From Candidatus Sulfurovum kebritense (GTDB lineage Bacteria; Campylobacterota; Campylobacteria; Campylobacterales; Sulfurovaceae), in NCBI GenBank assembly GCA_047689535.1, contig JBEWPZ010000001.1, forward strand, positions 54,599 through 118,598: 64,000 bases of DNA, given 5' to 3'. Positions 59,575 through 64,000 of the stretch are shown here, in pieces. Below the pieces are notes generated by a model. It saw nothing but the letters and a program-made list of their open reading frames with translations, did not search any database and had not been told where the DNA came from. How positions within the stretch are numbered: position 1 is the stretch's first letter; each line of letters starts with the position of its first letter. The position numbers and the translations under genes were made by a program.

Positions 59575-59829
59575 ATGGCACACAAGAAAGGTCAAGGATC
59601 AACTCAGAATAACCGTGATTCGGCAGGACGTCGTTTAGGTGTTAAAAAAGCTGGTGGTGAAGCGGTCGTACCGGGAAATATCATCATTAGACAAAGAGGT
59701 ACTAAAGTAAGACCAGGTAACGGTGTAGGTATGGGTAAAGACCACACAATCTTCGCAATGGTAGAAGGTGTTGTGAAGTTCGAAAACCACACTGCAAAAC
59801 AAAAGAAAGTTTCTGTAGTACCTGCATAA
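59575..59829 (+). CDS. rpmA: 50S ribosomal protein L27
   Basis: [33 protein letters not shown]. Confidence 0.93.
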   Translation: MAHKKGQGSTQNNRDSAGRRLGVKKAGGEAVVPGNIIIRQRGTKVRPGNGVGMGKDHTIFAMVEGVVKFENHTAKQKKVSVVPA

Positions 59830-59843
59830 TTCTTTATACTTCT

Positions 59844-59870
59844 GTCTGGCTTTATGCCAGACTTTCTTTC
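59844..59870 (+). terminator. Intrinsic terminator after rplU-rpmA
   Basis: GTCTGGC-TTTAT-GCCAGAC followed by TTTCTTTC. Confidence 0.75.
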
Positions 59871-60062
59871 AATAATTCAATTTTTTAATCATTTTTCAAT
59901 TTCTTATAGTTAATTGTTGGATCTATGAAATAATAGACAGCAGCTTAGGTGTTTTAGATACGCGCTTCATTATAACTATTTTTTGATTTTGGATATAATT
60001 CTACAATTTATTGATTATCGTGATAGTTCAAAAGATTTTTTCATATATTTAAAGGTTTATAG

Positions 60063-61181
60063 ATGTTTGTAGATAGTGTAGAGCTTACCGTGAGCTCAGG
60101 TAAAGGTGGTGCAGGATGTGTGTCATTCTGGACAGAAAAATTTGTTGTCAAAGGAGGACCTGACGGTGGTGACGGCGGCCGTGGTGGTTCAGTCTATATT
60201 GAAGTAGATAACAATACTGATACACTATCCGGACTTCGCGGGCGTAACCATATCAAAGCGGAGAACGGAAGACCGGGAGAGGGGCGTAAGAAGTATGGAC
60301 GTAAAGGTAAAGATACGACGATCATTGTGCCTCCCGGTACGACGGTGATCGATGTAGAGACAGGGGAAGAGCTCTTTGACCTGCTTGAAGAGGGTGAAAA
60401 GGTACTCTTTTTAGCAGGCGGGAAAGGCGGTCTTGGAAATATGCACTTTAAAAATGCCAGTAATCAAAGACCAACCTATGCACAGCCGGGCCTTCCGGGT
60501 ATTACCAAACATATTAGGCTTGAGATGAAGATGATCGCTGATGTGGGACTTGTAGGGTATCCGAATGTAGGAAAATCCACGCTCATCTCGACACTTTCAA
60601 ATGCAAAGCCTCAGGTAGCCAACTATGAGTTTACCACACTCACACCGAAACTTGGTGTTGTACAAGTGGGGGACTTTGATTCATTTATGATGGCGGATAT
60701 TCCGGGGATCATCGAGGGTGCAAGCGACGGTAGAGGGTTGGGATTGGAATTTCTACGTCATATCGAGCGTACGAAAACCCTGCTTTTATTGATCGATGCG
60801 GCAAACTACAGGGAGATGCAGTACCAGTATGAATCACTCTTGGTGGAGCTTGAGCGTTACTCCGATAAATTAGCAAAACGAAAATATGCAGTAGCGATCA
60901 CGAAGACCGATGCATTCAGTGTCGAAGAGGTGAATGTGTTGACAGATAAGTTTTTGAGTGATATCGGGCTGGATGCTAATGAAACACTTCATAAATTCAA
61001 AGTAGATAAGAACTATAGTTCTTACGGCTTTGAAAAAGATTTTGGTATGAAACTGCCGCAAGACAAGCCGCTTTTTGTAATGCCGATCTCATCGGTCACA
61101 CACTTCAATATCGAGGCATTGCGCTATGCGTTGAATGACATTGTCAAAGCAGTGAAAGAAGAGGAACAAGAGGAGGCTTGA
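60063..61181 (+). CDS. obg: GTPase Obg/CgtA
   Basis: N-terminal Gly-rich Obg fold ([14 protein letters not shown]), G1 [10 protein letters not shown]3 DIPGIIEGA. Confidence 0.92.
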   Translation: MFVDSVELTVSSGKGGAGCVSFWTEKFVVKGGPDGGDGGRGGSVYIEVDNNTDTLSGLRGRNHIKAENGRPGEGRKKYGRKGKDTTIIVPPGTTVIDVETGEELFDLLEEGEKVLFLAGGKGGLGNMHFKNASNQRPTYAQPGLPGITKHIRLEMKMIADVGLVGYPNVGKSTLISTLSNAKPQVANYEFTTLTPKLGVVQVGDFDSFMMADIPGIIEGASDGRGLGLEFLRHIERTKTLLLLIDAANYREMQYQYESLLVELERYSDKLAKRKYAVAITKTDAFSVEEVNVLTDKFLSDIGLDANETLHKFKVDKNYSSYGFEKDFGMKLPQDKPLFVMPISSVTHFNIEALRYALNDIVKAVKEEEQEEA

Positions 61182-61948
61182 TGAATCGTATTGTTATTAA
61201 GGTAGGCTCTCATGTGCTTACTGAGAATGGCATGATCGCAAGACGTCGCATGTTGGCACTTGTCGAGTTGATATCACTGTTGAAAAAAGAGGGGTATGAA
61301 GTCATTTTGGTCAGTTCGGGAGCCGTCGCTGCCGGATATACGAAACTTCCTCTCGATCGTAACTCTGTGGCCAACAGGCAGGCATTGGCAGCGATCGGTC
61401 AACCCCTGTTGCTCAAAATGTATCAAGAGAAGTTCGAGATCTTCGGGCTGCTCTGCTCTCAGGTACTGCTCAGTGCGGATGTGTTTGAATCCGAAGATCA
61501 TACTGCACATGCAAAAGTAGCGATCGATACGCTTCTGGGTAATGGTGTCGTACCGATTATCAATGAAAATGATACTGTCAGTATCGATGAACTGGTTTTT
61601 GGTGACAATGACCGGCTCTCTGCGCATGTGGCACACCATTTTGATGCAGCGTTACTGGTGATCCTTTCGGATATTGATGCACTCTATGACAAAGACCCGA
61701 ACAGGTATGAAGATGCACAAAGAAGAATGGTGGTAAACCAGTTAAGTGAAGCAGAGCTTCAAGCAGAACATACTCCGAACAACGAGTTTGCCACAGGCGG
61801 TATCGTGACCAAACTGCAGTCAGCGGATTTGCTGATGAAACACAACAGGGAGATGTACCTTGCAAGCGGGTTTGACCTCACTGATGTTAAGTCTTTTCTG
61901 ATAGAGAAAGTACATCGAGGCGGAACACTTTTTACAACAACAAGATAA
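61178..61948 (+). CDS. proB: Glutamate 5-kinase (no PUA domain)
   Basis: [19 protein letters not shown] and FGDNDRLSA motifs. ATGA overlap with obg. Confidence 0.9.
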   Translation: MMNRIVIKVGSHVLTENGMIARRRMLALVELISLLKKEGYEVILVSSGAVAAGYTKLPLDRNSVANRQALAAIGQPLLLKMYQEKFEIFGLLCSQVLLSADVFESEDHTAHAKVAIDTLLGNGVVPIINENDTVSIDELVFGDNDRLSAHVAHHFDAALLVILSDIDALYDKDPNRYEDAQRRMVVNQLSEAELQAEHTPNNEFATGGIVTKLQSADLLMKHNREMYLASGFDLTDVKSFLIEKVHRGGTLFTTTR

Positions 61949-61956
61949 GAGAGCGT

Positions 61957-62871
61957 ATGAGTTATAACATTGTATATATGGGAACCCCACACTATGCCAA
62001 AGAGATATTGGCTACATTGATCGATGCAGAAGATATGGATGTGAGTCTGGTGCTTACTCAACCCGATCGTCCGGTAGGGCGCAAGAAGGTTTTGACACCG
62101 CCTCCTGTGAAAGTATTGGCAGAGGAGCATGGTATAGAGGTACTGCAGCCAAACAGACTCAGTGAAGAGGGGATCGTAGAGGCTATTACGGCACAGAAAC
62201 CAGACTTTATCGTCGTTGCTGCGTTTGGACAACTTCTGCCAAAGTCTGTACTGGATATCGCACCGTGTATCAACCTCCATGCTTCACTGCTGCCTCAGTA
62301 CAGAGGTGCAAGTCCGGTACAACAGTCGCTGCTCAACGGAGACAAGGTTACCGGAGTCACTTCGATGTTGATGGAAGAGGGACTGGACACTGGACCTATA
62401 CTCGAGAATGTGGCATTTGAGATCCCTGAAGATATGAGACTGCATGCATTGATGAAGCAGCTGACGGATGATGCCTGTAAGCTGACACTTTCGACGATAA
62501 GAAAATTCCAAGAGATCACACCAGAACTGCAAGATGATGCTGAAGCTTCACTCTGCAAGAAGATCAAGAAGAGTGATGGCGAAGTAGATTTTTCAGATGC
62601 AGAGCTGCTCTATAACAAGTACCGTGCGTTTGAAGGATGGCCGGGTATCTTTGCAAAGAATGGCACAAAGTTTGACGGTATCAGTCTGGTTGAGAAAGAT
62701 AATCCACATGAGGCCTTTGAGCTGTTAGCCTTTGATGAGGAGAGTGTGATCGTAGGGTGCAGCAGAGGGTCAGTAAAGATCGGAACACTTCAGCCTGCAT
62801 CCAAAAAGGCTGTTTCTGCCAAAGCATACTGTGTAGGAAGGGGGATCAAAGTTGGAGATCCTATCCTTTGA
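61957..62871 (+). CDS. fmt: Methionyl-tRNA formyltransferase
   Basis: IVYMGTP, NLHASLLPQYRGASPVQ, C-terminal OB-like domain. Confidence 0.92.
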   Translation: MSYNIVYMGTPHYAKEILATLIDAEDMDVSLVLTQPDRPVGRKKVLTPPPVKVLAEEHGIEVLQPNRLSEEGIVEAITAQKPDFIVVAAFGQLLPKSVLDIAPCINLHASLLPQYRGASPVQQSLLNGDKVTGVTSMLMEEGLDTGPILENVAFEIPEDMRLHALMKQLTDDACKLTLSTIRKFQEITPELQDDAEASLCKKIKKSDGEVDFSDAELLYNKYRAFEGWPGIFAKNGTKFDGISLVEKDNPHEAFELLAFDEESVIVGCSRGSVKIGTLQPASKKAVSAKAYCVGRGIKVGDPIL

Positions 62872-63487
62872 TCAACTCCCCTCAACCCAAACGTATCTTA
62901 TCGAAGCACTCAAGGGAGGGAGAGTAAATCCGCCCTGTGCAGTGATTGCTTATGAACAGAGCGCCGGAATAGGCAGCCGCGACAATGAATGGAGTGGAGG
63001 AAAAGGTAACTTTTTTGTTTCTATCGCTATTTCTCTGGATCAGCTGCCTTCTGATCTGCCCTTGAGTTCGGCATCGATATACTTTTCCTATCTGATGAAA
63101 GAGGTACTGATGGAGTATCATGAAAATATATGGCTGAAATGGCCCAATGACTTCTATCTGAATGATAAAAAAGTAGGGGGAACCATCACTCGTAAAGTAG
63201 ATCAAACATTGGTGTGTGGAATTGGAATAAATTTAAAAAATGAACAAAATGGCTACAGGTCCCTTGGGACCGATATTGAACCTGAATTACTACTGGAAAA
63301 GTATCTTTTCGCACTGAAAAAATTTCCGAAATGGAAGCAGATTTTTAGTGTCTATCAGGTAGAATTTGAATTAAGTAGAAGGTTTTCCGTACATGTTGAA
63401 AACCTTAAAATGAGCCTGAAAGACGCTACGTTAGAGGAAGATGGTTCACTATTAATTCATGGGAATAAGGTGTATAGTTTACGATGA
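62852..63487 (+). CDS. birA: Biotin--[acetyl-CoA-carboxylase] ligase (group I, no HTH)
   Basis: LPSTQTYL, GIGSRDNEW and KWPNDFYLNDKKVGG motifs. TTG start overlaps the fmt end. Confidence 0.8.
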   Translation: MEILSFDQLPSTQTYLIEALKGGRVNPPCAVIAYEQSAGIGSRDNEWSGGKGNFFVSIAISLDQLPSDLPLSSASIYFSYLMKEVLMEYHENIWLKWPNDFYLNDKKVGGTITRKVDQTLVCGIGINLKNEQNGYRSLGTDIEPELLLEKYLFALKKFPKWKQIFSVYQVEFELSRRFSVHVENLKMSLKDATLEEDGSLLIHGNKVYSLR

Positions 63488-64000
63488 GTGAAGTAATAAG
63501 TATTGCCAATCAAAAAGGTGGCGTCGGAAAAACAACAACAGCTGTAAATCTTGCAGCTTCTCTGGCAAAAAAAGGTAAGAAAGTTCTTCTTATCGATATC
63601 GATCCACAGTCCAATGCAACAACCAGCCTGGGGTTTGCCAGAGGAGATTATGAGTTCAATGTCTATCATGTTTTGATCGGTAGTAAAAAGTTCTCGGAAG
63701 TGATACTGAAAACTGAGATAAAGAAGCTTCATATCGTACCTTCAAATATCGGCTTGGTCGGGATAGAGAAAGAGTTTTACTCAGCTAAGAAAAAAAACAG
63801 GGAGTTGATCCTGAAAGGAAAGATCAAGGAGATCTCGGATAGTTATGATTACATTATTATCGACTCGCCGCCTGCACTTGGTCCGATCACGATCAATGCA
63901 CTCTCTGCATCCGATTCAGTGATCATCCCTATTCAGTGCGAATTTTTTGCGCTGGAAGGGCTTGCTCAGTTGCTCAATACGGTAAGTCTTTTGAAAAAAA
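63484..64000 (+). CDS. parA: ParA/Soj chromosome-partitioning ATPase, 3' end cut by window edge (not in ORF track)
   Basis: ATG overlaps the birA stop. Translates MSEVISIANQKGGVGKTTTAVNLAASLAKKGKKVLLIDIDPQSNATTSLG and stays open to the window end. Confidence 0.88.
   Translation, partial: MSEVISIANQKGGVGKTTTAVNLAASLAKKGKKVLLIDIDPQSNATTSLGFARGDYEFNVYHVLIGSKKFSEVILKTEIKKLHIVPSNIGLVGIEKEFYSAKKKNRELILKGKIKEISDSYDYIIIDSPPALGPITINALSASDSVIIPIQCEFFALEGLAQLLNTVSLLKK

Overview
I read this window as mostly core chromosome from a moderately AT-rich Campylobacterota (epsilonproteobacterium). A Sulfurovum-like chemolithoautotroph is my guess only. The hints are peb4-like PPIase next to fba, a CetB/Aer-type PAS protein, hemJ, promoters with a -10 box but no clear -35, and many overlapping stop/start junctions. 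All calls rest on reading the ORF translations and DNA by eye; no searches were run.

I see about 75 credible CDSs. They include housekeeping genes (metH, ileS, gatA, guaB, ilvBN, ilvA, hisD, fba, glmU, coaBC, uppS, truA, lpxD, rplU-rpmA-obg-proB-fmt-birA-parA, metY-metX-xseB). On the minus strand there is also a 7-gene tRNA cluster (Lys-Glu-Val-Asp-Lys-Val-Asp) behind a perfect TTGACA-17-TATAAT promoter.

No CRISPR array, transposase, integrase or phage gene was seen. The features most worth a second look are:
1. Three families of intergenic repeats. Inverted copies of a roughly 205-230 bp long-hairpin element bracket a roughly 5 kb accessory islet between metH and nth. The islet carries a KamA-like radical SAM gene, DUF3050, a SUKH/SMI1 immunity-like gene, DUF1653, CPXCG and pepD.
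2. A roughly 95 bp repeat present twice that conserves a 16-codon very hydrophobic ORF plus a strong hairpin. This is a possible type I toxin-like module.
3. A translationally coupled DUF1538 / PII-like / CBS operon.
4. A nitrilase-superfamily protein lacking the catalytic Cys, coupled to a ThiF-like E1 enzyme.
5. GC-rich palindromes, one of which sits inside a CDS.

All functional interpretations of these are hypotheses.
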